Shown here in pieces: positions 42,502 to 51,070 of a stretch of 52,369 bases of DNA (its first letter is position 1; every line of letters begins with the position of its first letter). The position numbers were made by a program, and so were the translations under genes. Origin of the DNA: Actinomycetes bacterium. GTDB lineage: Bacteria > Actinomycetota > Actinomycetes > S36-B12. Location of the stretch: positions 1 to 52,369 of the forward strand of contig JBJSWO010000042.1 of NCBI GenBank assembly GCA_046085905.1. Reading direction: 5' to 3'. The notes under the pieces were generated by a model. It saw only the letters and a program-made list of their open reading frames with translations, had not been told where the DNA came from and ran no database searches.

Positions 42502-44760
42502 TTGACGATGATGTCAGTTGTTGGGAATCTCGAGCGCGTCGCCAAGAGCCGACGTTGGCCTCGAGCGACACTTCCACTTGTCGTGGCGACCTTCTCCGCC
42601 ATCTTTCTCGTTGCCAATGGCGTGACAATTCGGACTGTGGTTGGCGTCATGCTGGCCGTGAGTTTCCAGGCCCTTGGCGGTGCACTCGTCTGGCGAAAGC
42701 TTCGGCCTTCGGCTGACCTCCTCGAGAGTTCCGGGATGGGCATCGCCCTGGGCACCGGGCTCTCCGTGATCTCGGGGCTGCTCATTCGCGTTCTCTTCGA
42801 TGCCGCATGGGGCTGGCTGGTTCCATCCGTGGCGGTGTTGATCTCATGGCTCGCAGGTCGGCTGAGGGCGAAGCGTGCTTCCCGTGCCTCGCGAACGCCG
42901 ACTCTCGACAGGGCAACTCTGATCGCGCTCGTCGTCGGAGCCGTGGTCGGAGTGACCTCCCTGGTCGGGAATATCCGGCACTACCCGCTCGTGTGGCGGG
43001 GAACTTGGAGCGGGTATCACACGGACATGCCGTTCTTCGAAGCGTTGTCGACCTCCCTCGCCAAGTTCGGCCCCCTTGACAGCATCTTTCTTCCGGGCGC
43101 AGAAGTCAGATACCACTGGCTCGTCTACGCATGGTCAGGGCAGGTGAGCCAGGCTGTCGGAGCCGAGGGCTTCGTCATGCTCACCCGAGGGCTGCAAGTT
43201 ACCGCGGTTCTTGCGAGCTCCCTGTTGGTCGTCTCGTGGACGAGACGCCTCACCCGACGAATGCTCACTCCCACCCTCGCGGTATTGCTTCTGCTCACCG
43301 GTGGATACATCGGTGTCACCTACGGGGGCATCCTCAATTTCGATTCCCCATCGCAGTCCATGGGTGTCGCATGGCTCCTGGCTGCCTCATTGGCCTTGAT
43401 GGAATTCGTCCGATCCTCCGAAGAGAGATCGCGGCGGGCGCAGGTGGCATGGTTGAGCGTGATCGCCGCCCTCGGATTCATAACCACTGGCGGAAAGATC
43501 AGCGCGGCAGCACCGTTACTTGTCGGTGCGGTATTGATGACCGGCTTCGGCTTGCTCATGCGTGCCGATTGGCGGCGGCGTGCCCTCCAGGGCACCGTGG
43601 CGCTCTGTTGCGGCTCACTGCTTGCCTACGTGCTGATCATCTCGGGAGCGAATGGCGGGGGCGGACTCGCGCTTGGCGCTCTCATCGATCGCACGTCGAG
43701 TCAGCAGGGCATTAACCCGATCGAGGGCACCCTGGGCATCATTCTTGGCACGTGCATCCTCGTGCTGGCCGTCGCGATGCGCTGGTCAGGACTCTTTTGG
43801 CTCGCAACGCGAGGTGAGAGTCGCAGCCGCCCCGATGTGATCTTCGCCCTCGGCATGGCGGTGACAGGCCTTGGCGCGATCATCCTGTTCAACGGATTCA
43901 ATGAGATTTGGTTCGCAGCAGCGGCGAGCGCGCCGCTGGCGGTATTCACGGCAGAGGGCTTCGAGTCGGCCCTTGACCGACTGACGGAGGTTGGTCGCAG
44001 ATCGCTCCGAAGCGTGCTGGTCGCAGCGATCGTGGCGGCAGTCGTGATCTTCGCGATCGTATGGATCGTGTGGGCCACCGGACCTTCGGGTGGCAGTTAC
44101 TGGCGCGGCACCTGGCGGTGGTCGGGTCCGATCGTCGCCTTTCTGCTCGGAATCGCCGCAGGGTGGACGATCTCCCGATTCGCGGGTTCTCCGTACTCAC
44201 GAACAAGGGTGCTGGCCGCAACGACGCTTGTTCTCGTCCTCGTCGCCCTGCCGAGCCGATTGCTCGGTATCGGCACGGGTCAGGTGGGCGTACCCGCTGG
44301 ATTGAGACCCGATCTCTTCAGCATGGGAATCGCCCCGACTGTTCGTGGCCATGACGAGCTGTTGATCAGCGACATCCCCTGGGGCTACATGGAAGCCGCA
44401 GCATGGCTTCGTGGTCACGCGAGTGCAACTGATGTCGTGGCCACGAATCTGACGTTTGGCCCGCTAATTCCTGCGATTACCGGCCTTCAGACCTTCGTCT
44501 CGGGAATCCAGTACCAAGCGCCCTACGGTCGGCCTGCGGCAGCGGCAGAGGTGCTCAAGCGCGACGATGAGATCTGGAAATTCGTCAATTCCCCTTCAGC
44601 CGAGACGCTCGCTCCGTTGTGCGCCTCGGGGGTGACGTGGATTTGGGTCAACCCAGAGGCCGCCTCTCTGACCTCATGGCTGCCGTATGCCACTGTCGCA
44701 TTCACGAACGCTGACGCGACGATTCTGGGCCTCGCCCCCGAGAACTGCCCAGCCAGTTGA
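42502..44760 (+). CDS. Large polytopic membrane protein (~16 TM, 752 aa) with ~170-aa C-terminal soluble domain; ArnT/YfhO-like candidate GT-C
   Basis: Hydrophobic to ~aa 585. Loop YHTDMPFFEALSTSLAKFGPLDSIFLPGAEVRYHWLVYAWSG. C-terminal soluble domain (LISDIPWGYMEAAAWLRGH...). TTG 42502 or ATG 42508 start. Confidence 0.55.
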   Translation: MTMMSVVGNLERVAKSRRWPRATLPLVVATFSAIFLVANGVTIRTVVGVMLAVSFQALGGALVWRKLRPSADLLESSGMGIALGTGLSVISGLLIRVLFDAAWGWLVPSVAVLISWLAGRLRAKRASRASRTPTLDRATLIALVVGAVVGVTSLVGNIRHYPLVWRGTWSGYHTDMPFFEALSTSLAKFGPLDSIFLPGAEVRYHWLVYAWSGQVSQAVGAEGFVMLTRGLQVTAVLASSLLVVSWTRRLTRRMLTPTLAVLLLLTGGYIGVTYGGILNFDSPSQSMGVAWLLAASLALMEFVRSSEERSRRAQVAWLSVIAALGFITTGGKISAAAPLLVGAVLMTGFGLLMRADWRRRALQGTVALCCGSLLAYVLIISGANGGGGLALGALIDRTSSQQGINPIEGTLGIILGTCILVLAVAMRWSGLFWLATRGESRSRPDVIFALGMAVTGLGAIILFNGFNEIWFAAAASAPLAVFTAEGFESALDRLTEVGRRSLRSVLVAAIVAAVVIFAIVWIVWATGPSGGSYWRGTWRWSGPIVAFLLGIAAGWTISRFAGSPYSRTRVLAATTLVLVLVALPSRLLGIGTGQVGVPAGLRPDLFSMGIAPTVRGHDELLISDIPWGYMEAAAWLRGHASATDVVATNLTFGPLIPAITGLQTFVSGIQYQAPYGRPAAAAEVLKRDDEIWKFVNSPSAETLAPLCASGVTWIWVNPEAASLTSWLPYATVAFTNADATILGLAPENCPAS

Positions 44761-44772
44761 TTGCCTCGACCC

Positions 44773-45972
44773 CTAATTCATGACACGCGTTGCTGCTGAG
44801 TGAGACTGAATCGACTTCCAGAGCACGACCGCCAGGCCGGGAGCGATGAGCAGCAGCATGAGGTCAGAGAGGTACTCAGCGGCACCAATGAAGGTGGAGT
44901 AGCTGAGGAGCATCTGCAGCAGGACTGCAATCGCTGCGAGACGCGCGAGTGAGGTGCCTACGCGGGCCAGACCAGAAATAAGTGGGATAAGAGTGATGAG
45001 GCGGTAGTCGAAGCTCGGGCCGATCATGTAGGCGACCAGGAACGAGCCGCCACCGGCCAGCACCATCGCTGTCGCCACCAAATTGGCAGAGAGTTGATCC
45101 GCAAGAGTCGACAGTCGCAAGTGATCGCGCTTTCCTCGGCTGACCATCAACATCGCGATGGTGACCGCGGCGAAGAATCCGATGCCCAGCGCCTTCGCGA
45201 GCGCAGCCTGCCCCGGCAGCCCGGCATGGTTCAGTGCGAGAAGTGGAAGGACGGCGGAGCCGAATGAGGCGCCGTCGAGGGCCGGGGTCCGGGTGTAGAT
45301 GATCGGTAGGTCACGCACGACGAGGAGAAGACCGACGGTGGTAGTGATTGCGTAGGTGATGAGTGTCGAAGTCTTGCGACGGGTCGCCGTCAGGAGCATC
45401 AAGATACTGCCGACTGGGAATAACTTCAAGAAGGTTGCGAGGCCGAGCACGACGGCAGAAGACCGCTGCCGACTCGTCACGAAGAGCAGAATCGAGACCG
45501 CGGTGAGCGTGAAGATCACGAGATCAATATTCCCGCGTTCGAAGGCCAGGAGAACGGGTGGTGAAACAGCGGCTAGGGACATGAGGAGTGTCGGGAACCA
45601 CGAATTTCCGCTTGTCAGGCTTAGGAAGGTCAGTGCGCTCACGGCGAGTGCAAAGAGAATGATGAAGAAGAAAGCAACAGCGGAAGCCGAATCCGCGGTG
45701 ATGCCGAGAATCGCGAAGAGCCTTGCCCAGAGCGAGGGGTAGTTGTAGATCGCCATGCCCGGATTGCACGCGGTGCTAGCGGTTGACCAATCCGACTCGT
45801 GCTGGGCGCACTCGGAGGCCAGGAGGATCACCCTCAGATCACCGAAATGCGCGCCGGTGGTGGGAACTCCAAGGCTCGTCCATAGCGCCGAGCGCACGAG
45901 AATCGCACCTAGAGCGAGGGCGAGGACTCCGGGAATGGCGGCCAGCCCTACGCGTCGAGCGTGAATCTCCAT
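44773..45972 (-). CDS. Polytopic membrane protein, DUF2029 / GT87-like glycosyltransferase
   Basis: 399 aa, ~11 TM. FERGNIDLVIFTL and the loop-1 segment MAIYNYPSLWARLF resemble polyprenyl-P-mannose-dependent GT87 enzymes. Confidence 0.45.
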   Translation of the reverse strand: MEIHARRVGLAAIPGVLALALGAILVRSALWTSLGVPTTGAHFGDLRVILLASECAQHESDWSTASTACNPGMAIYNYPSLWARLFAILGITADSASAVAFFFIILFALAVSALTFLSLTSGNSWFPTLLMSLAAVSPPVLLAFERGNIDLVIFTLTAVSILLFVTSRQRSSAVVLGLATFLKLFPVGSILMLLTATRRKTSTLITYAITTTVGLLLVVRDLPIIYTRTPALDGASFGSAVLPLLALNHAGLPGQAALAKALGIGFFAAVTIAMLMVSRGKRDHLRLSTLADQLSANLVATAMVLAGGGSFLVAYMIGPSFDYRLITLIPLISGLARVGTSLARLAAIAVLLQMLLSYSTFIGAAEYLSDLMLLLIAPGLAVVLWKSIQSHSAATRVMN

Positions 45973-46028
45973 CTGCCTGTCTCCCCCGTAGCCCGCTCGG
46001 AAATATATCGGCCTGACATGATTCGGGA

Positions 46029-47192
46029 GTGCGACGCACTTGGAAGCTTCCGGTGCTCCTTCTGGGAGTGTGGGTGCTCACGCGCGCACTGAGCGTGCTC
46101 TCCTTGGTGAAGCTGCCCTGGGTGCCCTTCGACGTGGTGATCTACTCGCAGTGGGCTGACGGCCTGCGAGCCGGTTCCTTCCCCATGGGAGATGAGCGCT
46201 GGCAGTACCCGGATTTCATGGCCGTCGTGCTTCTGGTCCCGAGTTACTTGCATGTCTCTTACATCACTAGTTTCGTGGCAATCTCACTTTGCGCGGATCT
46301 GGCGATCATGCTCGCCGTAATTGCGGCCTGGCGCAGGAGGAATGGCCAGGTGATGGGCCCATGGGTCTGGGCTCTTGCCGGAATCTGGATCGGCTCAGTG
46401 CTTCTCGTGCGCCTTGACCTCTTCGTGACGCTCTTCGCTGTGCTGGCTCTGGTGACGATGGGCCGGCCGGTGCTCTCCGCGGCCTTCTCGGCCCTCGGTA
46501 CGGGGCTGAAGGTGTGGCCTGCGGTGGGCCTTCTAGGGCTCCGCAGAGGTCGGCTGCTCCGCGCATTCGGCATGTTCGTCGGCGTGCTCGTGCTCGCAGA
46601 GCTCCTGGTTCGGCTCATGCTTCCGTCGGGGGATTCATTCCTGGGTGCCCAGGCTGGTAGAGGCCTGCATGCGGAGTCGCTCGGGGTCTTCCCCTATCTG
46701 ATTCGCGGCATCGGGGGGTATCCGCCGACCTTCAGCGAGACTCACGGCACCCTCGAGCTGGTGAGCCCCTGGGCCAGCACCATCGGCCTCCTTCTCACAT
46801 TGGTAGGCCTGTTTGTCATTGCCGTGCTTGCCTGGCTGAACTGGTCAGGCCGGCTTGCCGGACTACTGCCCGCCGACCTCGTGACGATCTGTGTCTTGGT
46901 ACTCGTCGTGACGGGACGGGTCTTCTCGCCGCAGTTCTACATCTGGCTCGCCGGCCTGTGCGCAGTCGCCCTCATCAATCGACGAACCATCCTGCGCCTG
47001 CCAACGCTGCTCATCATCGCCTCTGCGGTGTGCGCGATGTACGTATACCCCTTTGACAATGGCTGGCGCGTTGGCGAGACAGATGCGCTGATTGCGCAAC
47101 TAATCAGGCTCGTGCTCGTCGTAGCGGCGCTCATCGTTGCCCTTGCTCGGGTGAATCGAATCCGAGTCTCAGCCCCGACTGGAGCGCGTTAG
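46029..47192 (+). CDS. Polytopic membrane protein, DUF2029 / GT87-like glycosyltransferase
   Basis: 387 aa, ~10 TM. The N-terminal loop FDVVIYSQWADGLRAGSFPMGDERWQYPDF is typical of the DUF2029 family (D..Y......G..PY......YPP pattern). Confidence 0.5.
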   Translation: MRRTWKLPVLLLGVWVLTRALSVLSLVKLPWVPFDVVIYSQWADGLRAGSFPMGDERWQYPDFMAVVLLVPSYLHVSYITSFVAISLCADLAIMLAVIAAWRRRNGQVMGPWVWALAGIWIGSVLLVRLDLFVTLFAVLALVTMGRPVLSAAFSALGTGLKVWPAVGLLGLRRGRLLRAFGMFVGVLVLAELLVRLMLPSGDSFLGAQAGRGLHAESLGVFPYLIRGIGGYPPTFSETHGTLELVSPWASTIGLLLTLVGLFVIAVLAWLNWSGRLAGLLPADLVTICVLVLVVTGRVFSPQFYIWLAGLCAVALINRRTILRLPTLLIIASAVCAMYVYPFDNGWRVGETDALIAQLIRLVLVVAALIVALARVNRIRVSAPTGAR

Positions 47193-48307
47193 GCGATCCA
47201 CTGCGCATTCACGTACTTGATGGTGATGAAGGCGAGTGCCGGAATGGCGATGGCGAAGTAAGTCCACTTGAACCATCGATGCTTCGTAGCCCAGAGTCCC
47301 ACGATGATCCAGATAGGGAAGAGGATCAAGGTGGCACGCGGAGTCGACTGGAAGAACTCTCCTGTCATGAATGACCAGAGAGTCAAGAATACGTAAGCGG
47401 TCTCCGCCCACCAGCGCTTGAACAGCAGCACGACGCCAAGCCCCAGGGCGATGAAGGTATTCGCGAACTCGGCAACAAATCTCGATGCCGAGAAGCCGGT
47501 CGATCCCGCGTCCATGGCCATGCGGATCGTGTTGATCGACGAAGTCACCGGGTCAGTGAATTGCCGGTTCCAGGTCTGTGTCTGGATATCGAACCAGTGC
47601 GTCCAACTGCCGGTGATCGCGTGCAGATAGGCGAAGTAGCCGAACACCACGAGGAAGGGGAGAAGCAGTGCGAGACCCTTGAGCCATGGCCTGTTCTTCG
47701 TGAGCAGGAACATCAGGATCAGCGCTACGCCGAGGAAGAGCGCATTGCTGCGTGTCGTCGCAGCGAATCCGGCGAGGATGCCGGCGGTGATCCACTTACC
47801 TCGGCGGGCGTAGAGCCAGGCCCAGAATGAGAACGCCGCGAAGAGCGCCTCGGTGTAAGGAGCGAAGAGGAACACGGCCATCGGGGCGAACATCCAGATC
47901 GCCACGGTGAGGTCGCCCTTGGCTCCGAAGCTCTCTGCCAGTCGAGCCAGTGCGAAGCCGGCGAAGAGGGAGGCGATCAGGGAGACGAGGAGCCCCGATG
48001 CGCTGGCGGATAGCCCGACATGCGCGCCAACCCACATCAGGCCGGGCAGGGCGGGGAAGAAGGCGGTGTTGTACGTGCATCGATCAGAGCCGAGATAGCC
48101 ATACTGCGCCACGCTTTCGTAGCAGTAGGTATCGAACTGGTGCCATGAGGTCGTGAATCCGGCGAGGGGCCCCAGAGCACTCACGGTTGCAGCGGCAGCC
48201 AGCAAGCCGAAGATCGCGATGTAGACGTGTGATCCGAGCCAGACGAGCGCGATATTGCGCGCACTGGATCTCTGCTGTGTCACAACCCCGGCGGTGAGCT
48301 GGCTCAA
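47189..48307 (-). CDS. Polytopic membrane glycosyltransferase, PIG-V / GT-C-like; paralogue of 11634..12785
   Basis: WHQFDTYCYESVAQYGY...YNTAFFPALPGLMW, LVSLIASLFAGFALARL, PYTEALFAAFSFWAW, FGYFAYLHAITGSW and DPVTSSINT align residue by residue with the 11634..12785 product. Confidence 0.6.
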   Translation of the reverse strand: MSQLTAGVVTQQRSSARNIALVWLGSHVYIAIFGLLAAAATVSALGPLAGFTTSWHQFDTYCYESVAQYGYLGSDRCTYNTAFFPALPGLMWVGAHVGLSASASGLLVSLIASLFAGFALARLAESFGAKGDLTVAIWMFAPMAVFLFAPYTEALFAAFSFWAWLYARRGKWITAGILAGFAATTRSNALFLGVALILMFLLTKNRPWLKGLALLLPFLVVFGYFAYLHAITGSWTHWFDIQTQTWNRQFTDPVTSSINTIRMAMDAGSTGFSASRFVAEFANTFIALGLGVVLLFKRWWAETAYVFLTLWSFMTGEFFQSTPRATLILFPIWIIVGLWATKHRWFKWTYFAIAIPALAFITIKYVNAQWIA

Positions 48308-48419
48308 TTCGATTCCCCTCGTGCCTCATGGTCCTGGGAAGGCCCTGCTGAGACTGATTCAGCAGACGCGGGAGCGCGCGAGCGCACTCCTGCCTTTGCC
48401 TAGATCGTATTGTTGGCTC

Positions 48420-49439
48420 GTGAGATACCTGGTAACCGGACACACGGGATTCAAGGGAGCCTGGCTCGCCATGCTCCTGAATCGTGCCGGTCACGAGGTG
48501 GTCGGAATCGCCCTTGACCCGGTACCCGGGTCACTCTTCGAGCAGGCACATGTGGGTGAACTGTTTGCTGCTGATGTGCGCTGCGATATTCGCGATGCGG
48601 CGACCACTCGGACTGCGATCAGGGATCTCTCACCGGATGTCGTCATCCACATGGCCGCTCAGCCGCTCGTGCGTGCGTCCTACTCCGATCCCCGTTGGAC
48701 CATGGAGACCAACGTCATGGGCACGCTCTCAGTGCTCGAGGGTGTATCTGAGACGCCGTCAGTTAAGGGGCTCGTGGCCGTCACGACAGACAAGGTCTAT
48801 CGAAACGTGGGCCAGGTTGAGGGCTATGTCGAAAGCGATGCTCTCGGAGGCCAAGATCCGTACTCGGCTTCCAAGGCCATGTCGGACATCCTGATCACCT
48901 CCTGGACTGACTCCTTCGGGCCCTGCCCGACCACCATCGCTCGCGCGGGCAACGTGATCGGCGGCGGTGACGTGTCGGCTGATCGCCTCTTCCCGGATCT
49001 CATCGATTCGTTCGCGGCAGGGCGTCCCGCGAAACTCCGCTACCCCGAGGCCGTGAGGCCCTGGCAGCACGTATTGGACTGCTTGGCAGGTTATGTGGCG
49101 CTTGCCGAGGCTACCGTTGCAGGGAACGCGACGGGGGCCTGGAATTTCGGCCCCGACCCCGATGCCTTTCGCACCGTGGGCGAAGCGGCCACGGTCGCTG
49201 CTGCCTACTGGGGCGAAGGTGCATCTTGGACTTCGCAGCCTGGCAAGCATCTTCATGAAGCCGCGATGCTCACCCTGGATTCCTCCCGTGCCCACCGATG
49301 GCTGCACTGGCACGATGCACTTGATTTCGACTCCGCGGTTCGCTGGACGATTGAATGGGCAAGGCAGGTGCGCGCCGGCGGCTCGGCCCGGAATGTCTGT
49401 TTCGAGCAGATCGATGCACACGCGGCGCGTGGTCGTTGA
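48420..49439 (+). CDS. rfbG: CDP-glucose 4,6-dehydratase
   Basis: YLVTGHTGFKGAWLAMLLNRAGHEVVGIALDP...DIRDAATTRTAIRDLSPDVVIHMAAQPLVRASYSDPRWTMETNVMGTLSVLE and DPYSASKA are RfbG/DdhB hallmarks. Start set to GTG 48420. The listed 48255 start would overlap the divergent gene. Confidence 0.85.
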   Translation: MRYLVTGHTGFKGAWLAMLLNRAGHEVVGIALDPVPGSLFEQAHVGELFAADVRCDIRDAATTRTAIRDLSPDVVIHMAAQPLVRASYSDPRWTMETNVMGTLSVLEGVSETPSVKGLVAVTTDKVYRNVGQVEGYVESDALGGQDPYSASKAMSDILITSWTDSFGPCPTTIARAGNVIGGGDVSADRLFPDLIDSFAAGRPAKLRYPEAVRPWQHVLDCLAGYVALAEATVAGNATGAWNFGPDPDAFRTVGEAATVAAAYWGEGASWTSQPGKHLHEAAMLTLDSSRAHRWLHWHDALDFDSAVRWTIEWARQVRAGGSARNVCFEQIDAHAARGR

Positions 49440-49530
49440 CCGGCCTGGGATTCCGGGCCGCAGCTTCGCGCAGGCATGAACTTTCCTGATTCACTTTGAT
49501 CAAACTTCAAGACAGTTGGGGACGGAAGCA

Positions 49531-50256
49531 ATGGAGCATCACGAAATTCATCAATCTGCAGGGTTCGTGAAGGAGTCCGAGCGTTTCGTCTCCACTCATC
49601 TCGGGGATTACCCCAGCGCCCCTGCATGGCTGCTGGATCCCCCTGCACTGGCCGTTTCCTCGATCTCCTCCGTTCTCGACGTGGGATGCGGGCCCGCCAC
49701 CTTCTTGCAGAGTGTGGTGAACCATTTCGGAGCAAACACAGGCGCGGGAGTGGAGCCCTCGCCCGAGGCCGTCAGGCTGCTCGACGAGCACTACGCGGGT
49801 GATCCTCGACTGAGCTTCCACTCAGGTCTTGCGCACTCCCTCCCGTTCGAGACCGACCAGTTCGATCTCGTCGTCTGCTGGTCTGTGCTGCACTGGGTCG
49901 GCAGGAATGAGTACTTGCAGGCCGTAGGCGAGCTGATTCGAGTCACTGGCAAGCATCTCGTGATCATGGACTTCGTCGCCGGCGAGGACTACCGCGTGGA
50001 GTATCACCACGATTCCCGCTTCTTCACCTACAAGATGGATTTCACGCGACCGGTGCTGGCCAGCGGCGTCATGAGCCTGGTCGCGGATCGCCGGTGGTGG
50101 GAGGGCGCAGACGGAGTCTCACCCGAAATCCTCGATCCGAGCAGGCTGACCCCCTTCGCCGCGAATCCGCTGAGCTACGTAGCGCGTCGGGCATGCGTCT
50201 TCGACAAGGACTACGAGACGCTGCCTCTGTTGACTGCGGGAGACTTCGCCGGCTGA
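49531..50256 (+). CDS. Class I SAM-dependent methyltransferase
   Basis: VLDVGCGPATFL (motif I), FDLVVCWSVLHWV and GKHLVIMDF. ATG 49531 (TTG 49516 is possible). Confidence 0.65.
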   Translation: MEHHEIHQSAGFVKESERFVSTHLGDYPSAPAWLLDPPALAVSSISSVLDVGCGPATFLQSVVNHFGANTGAGVEPSPEAVRLLDEHYAGDPRLSFHSGLAHSLPFETDQFDLVVCWSVLHWVGRNEYLQAVGELIRVTGKHLVIMDFVAGEDYRVEYHHDSRFFTYKMDFTRPVLASGVMSLVADRRWWEGADGVSPEILDPSRLTPFAANPLSYVARRACVFDKDYETLPLLTAGDFAG

Positions 50257-50304
50257 TTCGGCACCGTTTCTCACGCTGTCCGTGAGTCTCAGTAGGCTGA
50301 TTAC

Positions 50305-51066
50305 GTGAAGGCGGTGCTGCTGGCGGGCGGACTCGGTACGCGCATGCGCGAGGAGACTGAGTACCGGCCCAAGCCGATGGTCGAGATCGGCGGGCAGCCG
50401 ATTCTGTGGCACATCATGCGCAACCTCGCGCGCCACGAAATCAAGGATTTCGTGATTGCCTCGGGATACAAGAGCGAAGTCATCGACTCGTACTTCCTTG
50501 ACCATGCCGAATGGGAGCAGATCCCCAATCCCGATGGCGCAGCTCTTCGCTTTCAGGGCACAGGTGAGCAGGGCGACTGGCAGGTCACCGTGGCGTTCAC
50601 AGGCGATACGACGGGTACTGGGGGGAGAGTGTTCCGCTGTTCGGAGTACCTCGGAAGTGAGCCGTTCTTCGTCACCTATGGCGATGGTCTTGCTGACGTG
50701 AACGTGTCGGAACTTGTTGACTTTCACTCGGCTGGTAACTCGCTTGCAACCCTCACCGCGGTTCAGCCCACGAGCCGCTTTGGCCTCATGGATATCGATG
50801 GCTCGGGGCGGGTGACGCATTTCCGCGAAAAGCCGAAGATGAAGGACTGGGTAAGCATCGGGTACTTCATCTTCGAGCCGGAGGTGCTCGGATATCTCAA
50901 TGACGATGGAGGGCTTGAGGAAGACGGCCTCACTCGTCTCGCCGCCGGTCAGCAGCTCAATGCCTTCCGCCATGAGGGCTTCTGGCAGCCGATGGATACC
51001 TTCCGCGAGTACATGATGCTCTCCGAGCTCTGGGATTCCGGAGCGGCTCCGTGGAAGACGTGGTGA
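50305..51066 (+). CDS. rfbF: Glucose-1-phosphate cytidylyltransferase
   Basis: KAVLLAGGLGTRMREETEYRPKPMVEIGGQPILWHIMRNLARHEIKDFVIASGYKSEVIDSYF and ...GFWQPMDTFRE are canonical RfbF/DdhA. GTG start. Confidence 0.9.
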   Translation: MKAVLLAGGLGTRMREETEYRPKPMVEIGGQPILWHIMRNLARHEIKDFVIASGYKSEVIDSYFLDHAEWEQIPNPDGAALRFQGTGEQGDWQVTVAFTGDTTGTGGRVFRCSEYLGSEPFFVTYGDGLADVNVSELVDFHSAGNSLATLTAVQPTSRFGLMDIDGSGRVTHFREKPKMKDWVSIGYFIFEPEVLGYLNDDGGLEEDGLTRLAAGQQLNAFRHEGFWQPMDTFREYMMLSELWDSGAAPWKTW

Positions 51067-51070
51067 CGCG

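Noticed and set aside
48255-48419. 5' extension of the rfbG ORF (also 39472..39546 for the ArnC-like gene and 19759..19875 for the KpsS-like gene)
   Set aside because: The extensions overlap neighbouring genes or lack family-typical sequence, so internal starts were chosen.
50119-50973. Minus-strand 284-aa ORF
   Set aside because: It is antisense to the canonical rfbF (glucose-1-P cytidylyltransferase) and to the end of the methyltransferase gene.
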